This document shows, one piece after another, positions 10,778 through 24,393 of a DNA stretch of 64,000 nt. The stretch lies in the NCBI GenBank assembly GCA_043228905.1, contig JBHGNT010000015.1:7936001-8000000 (forward strand). The letters run 5' to 3'. Within the stretch, counting starts at the first letter, position 1. Each line of letters begins with the position of its first letter. The translations under genes were made by a program, and so were the position numbers. The notes beneath the pieces were generated by a model. It made no database searches and was not told the DNA's origin. It saw only the letters and a list, made by a program, of their open reading frames with translations. This DNA is from Azolla caroliniana. Lineage: Eukaryota; Plantae; Polypodiophyta.

Positions 10778-13700
10778 ACACGGTTGGCAAGGAGATGGAA
10801 AATCAACGGGAGGCTAACAACATGATGATGATGTTTGAGCGGATGCTTCAGGAACAACGTGCGATGTCGGAGATAGTGGCGGCAGTAGAGCGGCTCGTGC
10901 AACGGATCAGGCAATTCAACGGAAAGGACGTATCACGCTATCTTCGGGACTACAAGGCGGAAATGCTATGGTGCGGGATTTCGGAAGGACTGCAAGTGGC
11001 ATCCTTCAATCAGGTGGCTACCGACGGGCTTCAAGCAAGTATCCACAGGCTACAACAACAAATTCCGACGTGGGAAGCATTTGAAGAGGTGCTAAAGACC
11101 ACGTTCGCTATCGAGGACTCCTCCAAGGCAACGCGGACAGGATTCGAGGATTGGGTGGAAATGCCGGACAAGGGTATGAAGGTCCTCGATGTGTTTTCGG
11201 CATTCGAAAGTCGGTTTGGGAGGTTTTTTGCGAGAGATCAAGCTATCCTCGCACCAAACAAAGTTATTATGTTCTTACGAGCGGTAGACGTCCGGGACCG
11301 GAAGGATCTTGGAGTGCTTCTAGAGGACACGAATACCAAGAGTGGCCTCACCGAAACATGGGAAAGCGTGCGGGATATCGTCACGCGATACACAAAGAGG
11401 GGGCAATGGCTTGCCAACAAAGAAAAGAGGGTTTTGGAACCGATTCCAAAACCGAGATCCAGATCGGAAGACCATCAACCGTGGGCTCGGGAAGCTACGA
11501 CCGAGAAGGGAATCAACGCAACTACGGTGGAGCAGTTGCTGAAGGAGATGGAGAATCTAAAAATCGCGATGGTGAAGAAGATGGATGACCGTTCCACAAG
11601 TTCAAAGTATATGGACCGTCGGTGCATATGGTGCGATAGCACCAAACATGATCGGAGGGATTGTGACGAGCACAAGGAAGCGCTAAAATGGGATCTTATC
11701 TACTACGAGGGAAATCGGATTCATTCGATGGACTCTCGGAAGCTGCTCCGATCGAACTTCCGAAAAGGCGGCATGAAGAAGGTCCTAGAGGAGGTGTTGA
11801 GAGACAAGCTCAACATCGGCCGATTCGGCTGAAGAAGCCGAGGGCTGGATTGGTTGGGACCAATCGGCTAGGTCGAGTGCGTAAACCGGGAGGTCGTTAG
11901 GAAAGATATTCCGTAAGGAATATATTTGGGAGTTAGTGTAGGAGCTCTTGATGAGCATTGAAGTATTATCAGTACTTCGGTCAGTCCTTCTAGGGCTTGT
12001 ATAAAAGTGTTCACTGAGCACGTCTTATGTACAGACTGAGTATTATTGTTGAATATAGTTTTTTTGTGTTTCTCTCTCTATCTCTCCCGCGTATACCGTG
12101 TAAGCTCAAGCTCTCCATTAAACCTGAGTTTCCTCTCTTCTGTTCGGTCTTCATACTTGCTTCCGCACGCTACTTTTTACATGGTATCAGAGCGCGAGGG
12201 TTGAGAACCTCTCTGCAGCCGACACAGCTTGATGTAGAAGAACGAGAAGAACGATGGATAGAGGCATGGCGAGCTCGCTTCCAACAGAGAAGCTCGACAG
12301 AACCAACTACGCGTCTTGGTCCTACAAGATGCACCAATACCTGCTCGGGCATGGCTACTGGAGTTATGTCGAAGGAGCTAATGACGCGGCACCCGAATCG
12401 ACACACAGAGACTTCCCGTCGTGGGAGCAATCGGCGAGCAAGGTATTGTACTGCTTCGCGTCGTGTGTGGGCAAACAACTATTGAGCTATGTTCGGGATG
12501 CAAAGACGCCGAAGGGTGCGTGGGAAAATCTGAAGAAGATTTTCGCCGCGAGCACCACAGCCAGGAAGCTTCAGCTCCGACAGGAGTTGAGCAACCTACG
12601 ACAACGCGACTTGTCGGTGGCTGACTATACCTCGAAGATCAAGGATATCTACGACTCCTTCGCCTCCATAGAGCTGAACATCGAGGAGAGCGAGATGGTC
12701 CAGATCTGTCTCGGAGGTTTGGCGTCGAAGTTCGGAGCATTCCGAACGGCTGTGTGTACCCGGGAGAAGCGCGCCGATTTGGAGAGAACCGGTTCCGGAA
12801 ACGGCTCCGGACATACCCACAAGGGAAATCAGCAGCGATCGCACTACGCCAAAGACTCCGGGAGAGCTGGAGAAGGGACTGCCTTCGTGACGAGACACGA
12901 AGCAAACTCAATGAAGTAGACCACCCCGAGATCGGATGAGGTGTGGTACGTAGACTCCGGCGTGTCAAACCACATGACGAGCCATAAGGAGTGGTTCTCG
13001 TACCTTGAAAAACCGATACAACCTGGAGTAGTCGCAACAGGAGACGACACTCCGCATCCGATCGCGAATGTCGGAGAAGTTCCCCTTAGCCATGTCGGGC
13101 AGAAAGGGAAACTCATGAACGTGTTGCACGTTCCGACAAACACGAAAAACTTGGTCTCGATCGAACAGATCGTCGACCAAGGGATGGAGGTTCGGTTTAC
13201 ACACCTCGGGTGCTTCATTGAGGAAGAAGGCCGTGTGATTGCGCAAGGGCGCAGAGACGGGAGGATGTTCATCCTCGACGGCGGCACCGCAATGTTCGCG
13301 AAGGGACAAAAGACCGAGTCGGACATCGACTTGTGGCACAAGCGGATAGGCCACGTCAACCACCAACGGCTTCAAGATCTGCAATCGAAATAGGTAGTGT
13401 TCGGATTGCACAAATTTAGTGGCCGAAAGGCACAAATTTGTGAAGCCTGCCAGCTTGGGAAGCAACACCGACTTCCCTTCCCCAACGAGCGAAACCGGAG
13501 CCGGAACAAACTCGACCTTATACACTCCGATGTGTGGGGGCCGGCACAAAACGTCAGTCTTGGCGGGAGCCGATATTTCGTCTCCTTCATCGACGACCAC
13601 ACGCGGCACACGTGGATCTACCTCATTGAGAGGAAGAGCGAAGTCTTTGACTGTTTCCGGGACCTCAAAGGGTTCGTGGAAACAAAAACGGGACGGAAGA

Positions 13701-16275
13701 TCAAGTGCCTGCAGTCGGATGGCGGGAAAGAGTACTTTTCCGGTCAATTCAACGGTTACCTACAACAAATGGGAATTCGCCGCGAATTCAGTTGTAGATA
13801 CACGCCAGAGCAGAACGCGTAGCTGAGAGGAAGAATCGGTCAGTTGTGGAAGCGGCACGGGCAATGCTAGAGGAGAAGAGCTTGCCCAAGTTCTATTGGG
13901 TCGAGGCGGTAAGGACCGCGGTATACATCCAGAACCGGATTGGAGACAAAGTGTCGGCGCACGAGCTATATTTCGGAACGAAGCCGAACTTGCGACACTT
14001 GAGGGTGTTCCGTAGCATTGCGTATGTGCATATACCGAAGGAGAAAAGGAGGAAGCTGGACGCAAAGGCCGAGAAATGCATCTTGGTCGGTTACTCGGAC
14101 GAGTAGAAGGGTTATAAGTGTTATAACCCTCGCACCAAACAAGCGCGTGTCAGCCGCGACGTTGTGTTTGACGAGTCCGCGTCCTGGTACCTGCCCCCGA
14201 CTACGAACCTCGACTCCAATCCGAGCTCTGACGATGAGGTCAGTGAGGCCGAGATGCCTCCGAATGAGCCCGAAATCGAGACCCGCGAAGAGAGTCTGAT
14301 TTCACTCTGGTTAAGTGGACCGATACGACGACTGAGTCGGTACGACCAGTCCGATGAAGAGCCGGCGAGTAGTGGAGACTCGGCCGTGCATTCCCCGCGC
14401 AAGAAGCCGAGGAGACGGCTTACGCGCAAAGAGAAAGGGAAGAAGAAGGTGTCGGATTCAGGCACGGAAAGGAACGAGTCAGACCGACGCGAGTCCGACT
14501 CCGAGGGAACCGGTGACACGTCTTTAAAGATGAAGACCGCGTCGACCGAGAAGGCCTCGACATCGGCTAATGTGAGATTACGCCGATCTACCCGCCAAAA
14601 GAACCCAGTTGTGCGGTTCGGTTACAACGAGTACATGGCGCATCATTATGCGTACATGACCCGTGTAGCGGAAGTGCGTGAGCCGGAGAGCTACGCAGAA
14701 GCGGCTAAAGACGCGAATTGGCGTGCCGCGATGGAGGAAGAGATGCACGCATTGGCGGAGAACGAGACCTGGGACCTGGTTGACGCACCGAAGGGTGTGA
14801 AGCCAATCGGGTGTAGATGGGTGTACAAAGTCAACTACAACATCGATGGCTCAGTCAACCGGTACAAGGCTCGGCTAGTGGCAAAGGGCTACGCGCAGAA
14901 ACACGGCATCGACTACGATGAGACGTTTGCGCCGGTCGCGAAAATGACGATCGTCCATGTTTTGCTCACAGTAGCCGCGGCCAAGGGGTGGCACCTACAT
15001 CAGATGGATGTAAAGAATGCGTTCCTGCAAGGTGACCTTGAGGAACAGGTGTACATGGTACAGCCCCCCGGATTTCACTCTGGAACGAACTCCTTGGCAA
15101 TATGCCGACTGAAGAAGTCCCTTTACGGACTGAAGCAAGCCCCGCGTGCCTGGAACACGAAGATCACGCAACAACTGCGTCGGTTGGGCTTCGTCACGTC
15201 AAAATCGGACTCTTCCCTGTTCATCCAGAAAGGTCGACTCGGACCGGTTAGTATTTTACTGTATGTTGATGACTTGGTCATCACCGGCGCCAACCTAGGT
15301 GACATTGACCGCATGAAGCTCCAGCTTGCGGCATCGTTCGACATGAAGGATCTGGGGGACCTTCATTACTTCCTCGGGATCGAAGTGATCCGTACCCCCG
15401 AAGGCATATTGATCAGCCAACGTCATTACGTGCTGAGTATGCTCTTCAAACTCAGGATGGCCGACTATAAGTCCATCTCGACTCCTCTGGATAGAACCGT
15501 CAAGCTTCGTCCCGATACAGGAAAGGTATGCAACCCGACGAGGTTCCGACAAATTGTCGATAGCCTCATATACTTGACCATCACCCGACCCGACCTCAGT
15601 TATCCGGTCGGAGTGATCAGTCTGTTCATGGCGCGACCTACCGAGGAGCACGTTCAGTGTCCGCAACGCGTACTTCGGTACGTAAGCGGCACTAAGGACC
15701 GTGGACTGCTATAATGGACCGGTGCAGCCGCGTAGTTAGTCGGCTACACCGATGTTGATTGGGCTGGCAACGCCGCCGATCGCTGATCCACGTCCGGATA
15801 CGCGTTCTCCCTCGGGAGTGCCGCGATCGCGTGGAGCAGTAAGAAGCAGCCGACAGTTGCACTGTCGAGCACCGAAGCTGTGAACGTAAGTGTTTGTGGA
15901 AGCGTAAAACAAGGAACAACAGAGAGAGACAGAGAGAGAGAGACAGAGAGAGCAGAACGCAATTTCAAAATTATATCAAAACTCCGTATACACACTGTGC
16001 TAAGTAGCACTATTTATACAAGTCCTCTTGGGACTGACAGAAGTACCATGTACTTCAATGCTCACACGAGCATCTGACACTTACTACGAGACTATAGCTA
16101 CCTAATAGTCTATCCTATACTAGGCTTCCGATTGGACTTCCGGTTACGGATTGCACCCGGCCTCCACTGCTTGCTGGTTCGGTTGCTCACCGTCATACCG
16201 ATCCGTTTCGTCCGATCCGTCTCGCTTACCGGCTCCGGCTTATTCAGCCGATCCGGCTCCGGTTGAGCTTGCCGC

Positions 16276-19200
16276 TCAACACTCCCCCTCAAGCTCAACC
16301 TGAGGTGGGGTCGTAGTGTCGACCTCTGTGGCAATCGGTTCTTCCAACTGACTTCTCCTGGCGTCACTCCACCTTGCTCGCGCTCCTCGTCCGGTCCGGT
16401 CCCGTTTGCCGCGACCCCTTCGGTTCTGCGCGCCTCGACCCTCTCGGTAGGCATGTCTGCTCAATAGGCCCATCTCAGCACTCACGTTGTTGTGACTCCG
16501 GCGCTTGCTGATCCGTCGGTTCTCCCACGATGGCATCGACTTCCGCTGTGTCCGTGTCCCTTTGGCCTTCAGTCGATCCGACTCATCCGGATCCATCTGA
16601 TGATCCAAGTTAGCTGTCTCCGACTCGTTCCAGCTCTTGTCCGAATCGGTACAGTCCGATTCGACTTCCGGCTTCAGGCCTCTCACCACATCAGACCACT
16701 TCCGAGTCTTGGCCTTCTCCATGCTTCCCTCGGCTTCTTCAGCCGGTGAACCGAAATCGAATTCTTCATTCGACTCCGCATGATGGTCAGTACCGTCGTG
16801 ATGACCTCCGCACAGCATGCACTTCTCTTCCTGAGTGGACAATTCTTCCTCACAGCCGCTTGCTCCGACCTGTTCGGATGTGTCGACTTCCTTCGTCGAC
16901 TCGGCTTCCTTCATCTTCTCGTCTCCTCTTCTTCTGGCTCTCCTCTTACCGATGGGTTCAACAGTTTTTTGGCCTTTGCCCGTTTCGATAGAGACTTTGC
17001 CCTTGCTTCTCCCCCTCAAGTGCGGCACGTCGAGATGCTAAATACCAAGCATGTCGGTAAAGTGCTGCAACTTGTCCGATCTGAGTGGCTTGGTGAAGAT
17101 GTCGGCAACTTGCCGATCCATATGAACATACCGTAGGTCAACTTCACCGCTTAAGACCCGCTCACGCACGAAGTGGTAGTGCACCTCGATGTGCTTTGTG
17201 CGAGCATGGAACACAAGGTTCTTGGCGAGCTGCAAGCTGCTCATGTTATCGCAGTAAATCGGGATCGGGTTCGGTACCTCGATCCGCAAGTCTCGCAGCA
17301 GTCGCCGAAGCCAGATGGCTTCATATGTGGCAACGGTAGCGGCCCGATACTCAGCCTCAATGCTTGACAAAGCCACTGTGGGCTGCTTCTTGCTGCTCCA
17401 CGCAACGGCCGCGCTACCTATGGAGAACATGTATCCGGACGTGGAGCGGCGATCAGACGCATCGCCGGCCCAGTCAGCATCTGTGTAACCGACAAGCTCT
17501 TCGGGTATACCTTGCCGGTATAGCAGTCCCCGGTCCTTAGTGCCGCTGACATACCGTAATATTCGTTGCGCGCACTGAAGGTGCTCCACGATCGGCTTCT
17601 GCATGAACTGGCTTACCATGCCGACCGGATAGGTGATGTCGGGTCGGGTGATGGTTAAGTAGATCAGGCTTCCGACAGCCTGTCGGAACCGTTTCTCATT
17701 GCAGGCCGGTCCGGAGTTGGGACGGAGCTTCTGGTTCCGGTCCAGGGGTGTGGAGACAGGTCGGCAATCCGTCATACCGAACTTATACAACATATTCAAC
17801 ACGTAATGTCGTTGTGAGAGCAATATGCCGTCGGGGGTCCGGATCACTTCGATCCCAAGAAAATAATGAAGGTCCCCCAGGTCCTTCATTTCGAATGCGT
17901 CCGACCACTGGGACTTGACGCGGTTGATTTCGGGAAGACCCGGTCCGGTGATGACTAAATCATCCACATACAAGAGTATACATACCGGACCGTCAGAGCC
18001 TTGCCGGATGAACAACGAAGAGTCCGACTTAGAGACAGCAAACCCCAGCTTACGCAACCGGTGCGTGATCTTCGCGTTCCAAGCTCGGGGGGCTTGCTTC
18101 AAGCCATAAAGCAACTTCTTCAGTCGGCATACCGCCGACTTGTTCATCTCCGAGTGAAATCCGGGGGGCTGAGTCGTAAAGACTTCTTCTTCAAGTTCTC
18201 CTTGAAGGAAGGAGTTCTTCACATCCATCTGGTTAAGATGCCACCCCCTTGCCGCAGCAACCGCCAGTACCACACGAACCGTCGTCATCTTCGCCACAAG
18301 AGCGAAGGTCTCGTCGTAGTCGATTCCGTGGGTCTGCGCGTATCCCTTCGCCACTAACCGGGCTTTGTACCGGTTAACAGAACCGTCGGCGTTGTACTTG
18401 ACCTTGTACACCCACTTGCATCCGATCGGTTTACAGTGACGCGGAGGATTAACTAGGTCCCAAGTTTCGTTGGCATCGAGTGCCCCAATTTCTTCGTCCA
18501 TAGCGACACGCCAATTTGCGTCCTTTGCCGCTTCTGCGTAGCTCTCCAGTTCACGCACTTCTGTCACCTTAGTCATGTACGCATAATGATGCGCTATGTA
18601 TTCATTGTACCCGTACCGCATGACGGGATCCTTCTGGCGGGTTGATCGGCGCAACACACCGTCACCTGATTTAAGGCCCTTCTTGGCCAGTTCGGTCTTC
18701 GTTGCCGAAGAGCTGCCTTTCTCCTTTCCGGAGTCAGATATGCACCGATCCGACTCATCGTTGCCGGTTTCGAATTCCGGCATCTTCCTCTTCCCTTTCT
18801 CTTTGCGCGTGAACCGTTTCCTCGGTTCCTTGCACGGGGAGAGCACGGTAGAGTCTCCACTACTTGCCGTCTCTTCATCCGACTGGTCCAACCAACACAG
18901 ACGCTCGTTCGGTCCACTCAACCGAAACGATTCCGGACTCTCATCTTGAGTCCCGGCTTCATCATCCTCTGCCAGGGCTGATTCAGGCGCACTGGCCTGA
19001 TCTTCCGGCAGTGGGTCGGGATCGGAAGTCGGGATCGGAAGTCAGAGTCGGTAGGGAGTACCAGGATGCCGATTTGTCGAACTCGACATCCCGGCTAACT
19101 CGGACTTCCTTCGTCCAGGGGTTATAGCACTTATACCCCTTTTGCTCTTGAGCATAACTGAGTAGAATGCATTTTTCCGATTTTGCATCCAGCTTTGTCC

Positions 19201-21302
19201 GCTTCTGATCCGACACATGCACATACGCTATGTTGCCAAATATCCGAAGGTGTCTTAAGTTCGGCTTGCGCCCGAAATACAGCTCATGAGCTGACACCTT
19301 GTCACCAATGCGGTTTTGTATGTAGACGGCCGTCTGGACCGCCTCCGCCCAGTAGAACCGGGGCATGCTCTTCTCCTCCAGCATTGTCCTTGCCGCTCCA
19401 ACGAGTGTCCGGTTCTTCCTTTCGGCCACACCGTTTTGCTCCGGTGTGTATCTGCAGCTGAACTCTCGCCGAATTCCCTGCTACTGCAGATAACTAGTGA
19501 ATTTGGCCGGAAAAATATTCCTTTCCGCCATCCGACCGAAGGCATTTGATCTTCCTCTCCGATTCCCGTTCCACCATCTTCTGGAGGCTTCGGAAACAGT
19601 CGAAGACTTCGCTCTTCCGCTCTTCGTCGATGAAGGAGACGATGTACCGACTCCTGCCAAGGCTTACACTTTGTGTCGGTCCCCACACATCCGAATGGAT
19701 GAGATCGAGCTTGTTACGGCTCTGGTTCCGTTCGGTGGGGAATGGAAGCCGGTGTTGCTTCCCAAGTTGGTAGGCTTCCCAAATTTCGGCTCTCCGGCCG
19801 CTGAACTTCGGCAAACCGAAAACAACTTGTTTCGTTTGCAGATCTTGAAGCCTCCGGTAGTTCACGTGGCCTATCCGCTTGTGCAACTGGTCGATGTCCG
19901 ACTCGACCTTCTGTCGTTTCGCGAACAGAGCGGTGCCAAAGTCATTGGTGTCGAGGATAAACATCCTCCCGTCTCTGCGCCCTTGCGCAATGACTTCGCC
20001 CTCATCCTCAATGAAGCACCTGAGGTGCGTAAACCGCACCTGCATCCCCTGGTCGACAATCTGACCGATGGACACCAGGTTCTTCGTGATCGTCGGAACG
20101 TGTAATACGTTCATTAGCTTCCCTTTCTGTCCGACGTGGCTTAGAGGGACTTCTCCGACGTGCATGATTGGGTGAGGAGTGTCGTCTCCGGTTTCGACTA
20201 CTCCTGGTTGATCCGGTTTCTCCAGAAAGGAGAACCACTCTTTGTGGCTCGTCATGTGGTTCGACGTGCCGGAATCAACATACCACACTTCCTCCGTTTT
20301 GGAAGTGGTCTTCTTCATTGAGTTTGCCTTGTGATTCATCACCAAGGATGGCCCCTTACCGGCCTTTCCGGTTCCGGATCCTTTTGATCCGTTTGCGTAG
20401 TGCGAGTTTTGCCGGCCATCCTTACCGGTCTTGCCGGATCCGGATTTGTCCGAATCGGCATGCTTTCTCCAGCACTCGCTTTCCCTGTGGCCTTTTTTGC
20501 CACAGTACCAGCATTCCGTAGCGGATTTGTCTTGCCGGCCTCCGGCACCGCCTTGACTCCCCTTGCTTGTGGAAGTCCCGGAACTGCTGTCGGCACGTTC
20601 ATAGTGCCTCCGTTCCTGCTCTTGCCGGCCGCCTCCATTGCGTGCCGACCCACCTCTTCCACCACGTCCACGGAACCGATTCGTTCCCGTGTACAGCATT
20701 CAGCTGTCTAGGGATGCACTGGTAGATGCACCGGCGTGGTTCTTCTCTACAAGGAGCATCGACTGTAAGTCGAAGAATGAGGGGGTATTCTCCCTTGTAC
20801 ACACCGCAGTCCAGAACGCTCCGAACTTGGACGCCAGGCCTCCGAGACATACCTGCACCATCTCGTCTTCCTCTACGGTAACATTGATAGAGGCTAGCGA
20901 GTCGCAGATCTCCTTTATCCGGCCTGTGTAGTCTGCCACGGACATATTCTTTTGTCGAACATTGCTCAACTCCTGTCTGAGTTGCAGCTTCCTGGCAGTG
21001 GTGCTTGCGGCGAAAACCTTTTTCAGGTTCCCCCAAGCATCCTTCGGTGTCTTGGTGTCACGGATGTGGCTGAGCAGCTGATCGCCGACACTGGACGCGA
21101 AGCAGTACATCACCCTGCTTGCCGCCTGTTCCCATACCGGGAAGTCCTTGTGTGCCGAGTTTGGCGCCGCATCATTCGCTCCTTTGACATAACTCCAGTA
21201 CCCGTGTCCAAGCAGGTACTGGTGCATCTTGTAAGACCAGGATGCGTAGTTGCTCCTGTCGAGCTTCTCCACCGGAAGCGACGTAGCCATGCCTCTATCC
21301 AT
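16276..21302 (-). pseudogene. Copia F gag-pol with a ~250-aa C-terminal extension
   Basis: ORFs 20700-21326 (gag), 19494-20699 (CWYCGKKGH knuckle, PR), 18983-19429 (INT), 17038-18921 (RT/RH), 16276-17028 (same frame as RT). Confidence 0.92.
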
Positions 21303-21314
21303 GTCTTCTACTGT

Positions 21315-21922
21315 GTCTGTTCTCAACCTGTTAGGGTTTTCTTCTCAAGAGTAAATGTCTGCAGCAGAGGTTCTCAACCCTCGCGCTCTGATACCATGTG
21401 AACGTAAGTGTTTGCGGAAGCGTAAAACAATGAACAACACAGAGAGAGAGAGAGAGAGACAGAGAGAGCAGAACGCAATTTCAAAATTATATCAAAACTC
21501 TGTATACACACTGTGCTAAGTAGCACTATTTATACAAGTCCTCTTGGGACTGACAGAAGTACCATGTACTTCAATGCTCACACGAGCATCTGACACTTAC
21601 TACGAGACTATAGCTACCTAGTCTGTTCTCAACCTGTTAGGGTTTTCTTCTCAAGAGTAAATGTCTGCAGCAGAGGTTCTCAACCCTCGCGCTCTGATAC
21701 CATGTGAACGTAAGTGTTTGCGGAAGCGTAAAACAAAGAACAACACACAGAGAGAGAGAGAGACAGAGAGAGCAGAATGCAATTTCAAAATTATATCAAA
21801 ACTCTGTATACACACTGTGCTAAGTAGCACTATTTATACAAGTCCTCTTGGGACTGACAGAAGTACCATGTACTTCAATGCTCACACGAGCATCTGACAC
21901 TTACTACGAGACTATAGCTACC
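21315..21922 (-). repeat. 306-bp tandem duplication of partial 5' LTR, PBS and leader of Copia F
   Basis: GCTCTGATACCA-TGTGAACG occurs with LTR edges at 21397 and 21703. Confidence 0.93.
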
Positions 21923-24393
21923 TAGTAGTCTATCCTATACTAGGCTTCCGATTGGACTTCCGGTTCGGATTGCACCCGGCCTCCACTGCTTGCCGGTTCA
22001 GTTGCTCACCGTCATACCGATCTGTTTCGTCCGATCCGTCTCGCTTACCGGCTCCGGCTTATTCAGCCGATCCGGCTCCGGTTGAGCTTCCGCTCAACAG
22101 AAGCTGAGTACCGAGGAGCGGCTGTCGTGACATGCGAAGCCATATGATTGAAGCGGCTTCATAAGGACCTGCAAGAGGAGGTGTTAGATCCGACGACGAT
22201 CTACTGCGACAACCTCAGCAGCATCCAGCTCGCGAAAAACCCCGTCTTCCACGTACGGACCAAGCACATTGAGGTGCACTCCCATTTCGTCCGTGAACGT
22301 GTCCTTTCCAGTGAAGTCGAACTTCAGTACGTTCCGACGGATCAGCAGGCTGCCGACATCTTCACCAAGCCTCTTGGTCTGGACAAGTTGCAACAATTCT
22401 CCGGTGCGCTCGGATTGCGTCACCTTGACGTGCCGAACTTGAGGGGGAGAACAGTCCCGAACGACCAAGCAAGGTAGCAGGAAAGGAGCGGACACCGCAA
22501 CACCGAGTCGGTTGACAAGTTCGACATCGGATAGGCTGAAGAAGCCGAGGGTGGACCCGCGGAAAAGTTCGAAAGTGGATAGAAGGGGAGCAGCCGAAGG
22601 AGAGAGCCGAAGCCAACCACGCATGGGGAAGATGACGCCATCGAAGGCGAGAAGACCGAAGACGAGTTGGAGACAGCCAACTCAGACAAGAGCGAAAACC
22701 GATCAGAGGTAGCCGAGTTGGTTCGGATGTTTGATTCAGACACGTTGAATCAACCGAGGCCCAAGCGGAAGAAAAGGCAGCAGAAAAAGTGTCTACACCG
22801 CAACAACAGAAGAGCTGATAAGGGCCGCATGAGCAGACAAGCCGACCGGAAGGGTCGAAGCGCGCGGAGTCGAACAGGTCGAGGAGCGCGAACGAGGCGT
22901 GAAGCCAGGAGGAACCGGAGTTGTGTGCCCGAGGATCCCGAAGCGCCTCAAGTTGAGCTTGAGGGGGAGTGTTGAGAGACAAGCTCAACATCGGCCGATT
23001 CGGCTGAAGAAGCCGAGGACTGGATCAGTTGGGACCAATCGGCTAGGCCGAGTGTGTAAACCGGGAGGTCGTTAGGAAAGATATTCCGTAAGGAATATAT
23101 TTGGGAGTTAGTGTAGGAGCTCTTGATGAGCATTGAAGTACTGTCAGTACTTCGGTCAGTCCTTCTAGGGCTTGTATAAAAGTGTTCATTGAGCACGTCT
23201 TATGTACAGACTGAGTATTATTGTTGAATATAGTTTTTTTGTGTTTCTCTCTCTGTCTCTCCCGCGTATACCGTGTAAGCTCAAGCTCTCCATTAAACCT
23301 GAGTTTCCTCTCTTCTGTTCGGTCTTCATACTTGCTTCCGCACGCTACTTTCTACAGGAGGAAATAGCGGCGAAGAGCAATTACGCGACAACCACGGGAA
23401 TACGTGTCGGGGAGTCATCGGGAGCAAAGGTGTCTTTTTGGCCGGAAGTGCTAGAGAACACCGAGAAAACCGACTCCAACGAGATCCAAAGCACCGCGGA
23501 AGGCATCCGGGAAGCTACGGGATGGGAGTGCCCTGTCGATAAGAATAGCGTATACGCCCTATGTCAATTACATGAGGTATATGTGGATGAGAAGCGGCGA
23601 CGCACGGAGGATGCGGCTGGACCATCAAAGACACCGGAGAGCTGGAACTTCGACGGAAGAGGGAAAGGAAAATTGATTCCGACATTCAAACTCGCTTCGG
23701 ACATCGAGCAATGGACGGACATAGAGAAAGTGTTCAAGGAGAGAATCCTCGACAGCCGGGTAGATTTTTCACTTCGGGAACTACTCAGAATAGCGAAAAA
23801 GGAGTTCCATGATCTTCTTGTGGATCTCGTAAAAAGAAAAAGATAAACTATAGAGGAAAATGCGCTGATGGTGAATGCAAATACCGCTCTGATGAACAAC
23901 ACTGAAGTGGACGACGAGATTCCGAATTCCCACTATACAAAGCCACATTGGGCACGTGCAACTACGGAGACTCCGGTCCAAATCGGCAACATCAAAGAGC
24001 CCATGCTAGCATTGATTGATCACGGATCGGAGATCAATTTGATGTCCAAAGAGTTCTACCGAAAGGGAAGTGGCCTATTAACACCAATCATGGATGGAAG
24101 ATCCGGGTGGCCACTAAAGCAATGGAGGATCTATTTGCGGCTTGTTCAGATGTGACGGTGAAGATTAGGGATGTCGAGATCGACCAAAATTTCTTCGTAC
24201 AAGACGAGGTCTCACACTCTGTGATCCTCGGGCAACCCTTTATCACGGCATCACGGATGGAGATGAAGGTGGTCAATAGCGGTGCGGCTTTTGCACGAAT
24301 TCGGAGTCAAAACGGAGGGAAATCCATCCAATTCCTAACGGTGCCGGCAAATCATGAAAGGAACAAGAGAGAGCTCTTGTCCCAAACAAGGAT

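Larger units (their letters stand above)
15879..22099 (-). mobile_element. Copia element F (same family as E), antisense within RNase H of E
   Basis: LTRs 15879-16281 and 21703-22099, TSD GAAGC, Met PBS 21691-21702, PPT 16282-16290. Confidence 0.96.
12254..22975 (+). pseudogene. Copia E gag-pol (parts 12254-15878 and 22100-22975); zinc knuckle deleted near 12769
   Basis: gag, DSG protease, integrase, RT LLYVDD (ORF 14164-15714), RNase H split at STEA|EY; in-frame stops. Confidence 0.92.
11795..23356 (+). mobile_element. Copia element E (Bryco-like), interrupted by Copia F
   Basis: 387-bp LTRs 11795-12181 and 22970-23356, TSD GGAGG, PBS TGGTATCAGAGC 12182-12193, PPT 22961-22969. Confidence 0.96.

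Noticed and set aside
12027-12253. ORFs starting in Copia LTRs (also 23202, 54654, 59412)
   Set aside because: They are translations of LTR sequence, duplicated only because the LTRs are duplicated.
12965-13747. Long antisense ORFs (also 19497-20105, 29776-30501, 56303-56860)
   Set aside because: Shadow frames of GC-rich gag-pol coding sequence with no recognisable motifs.
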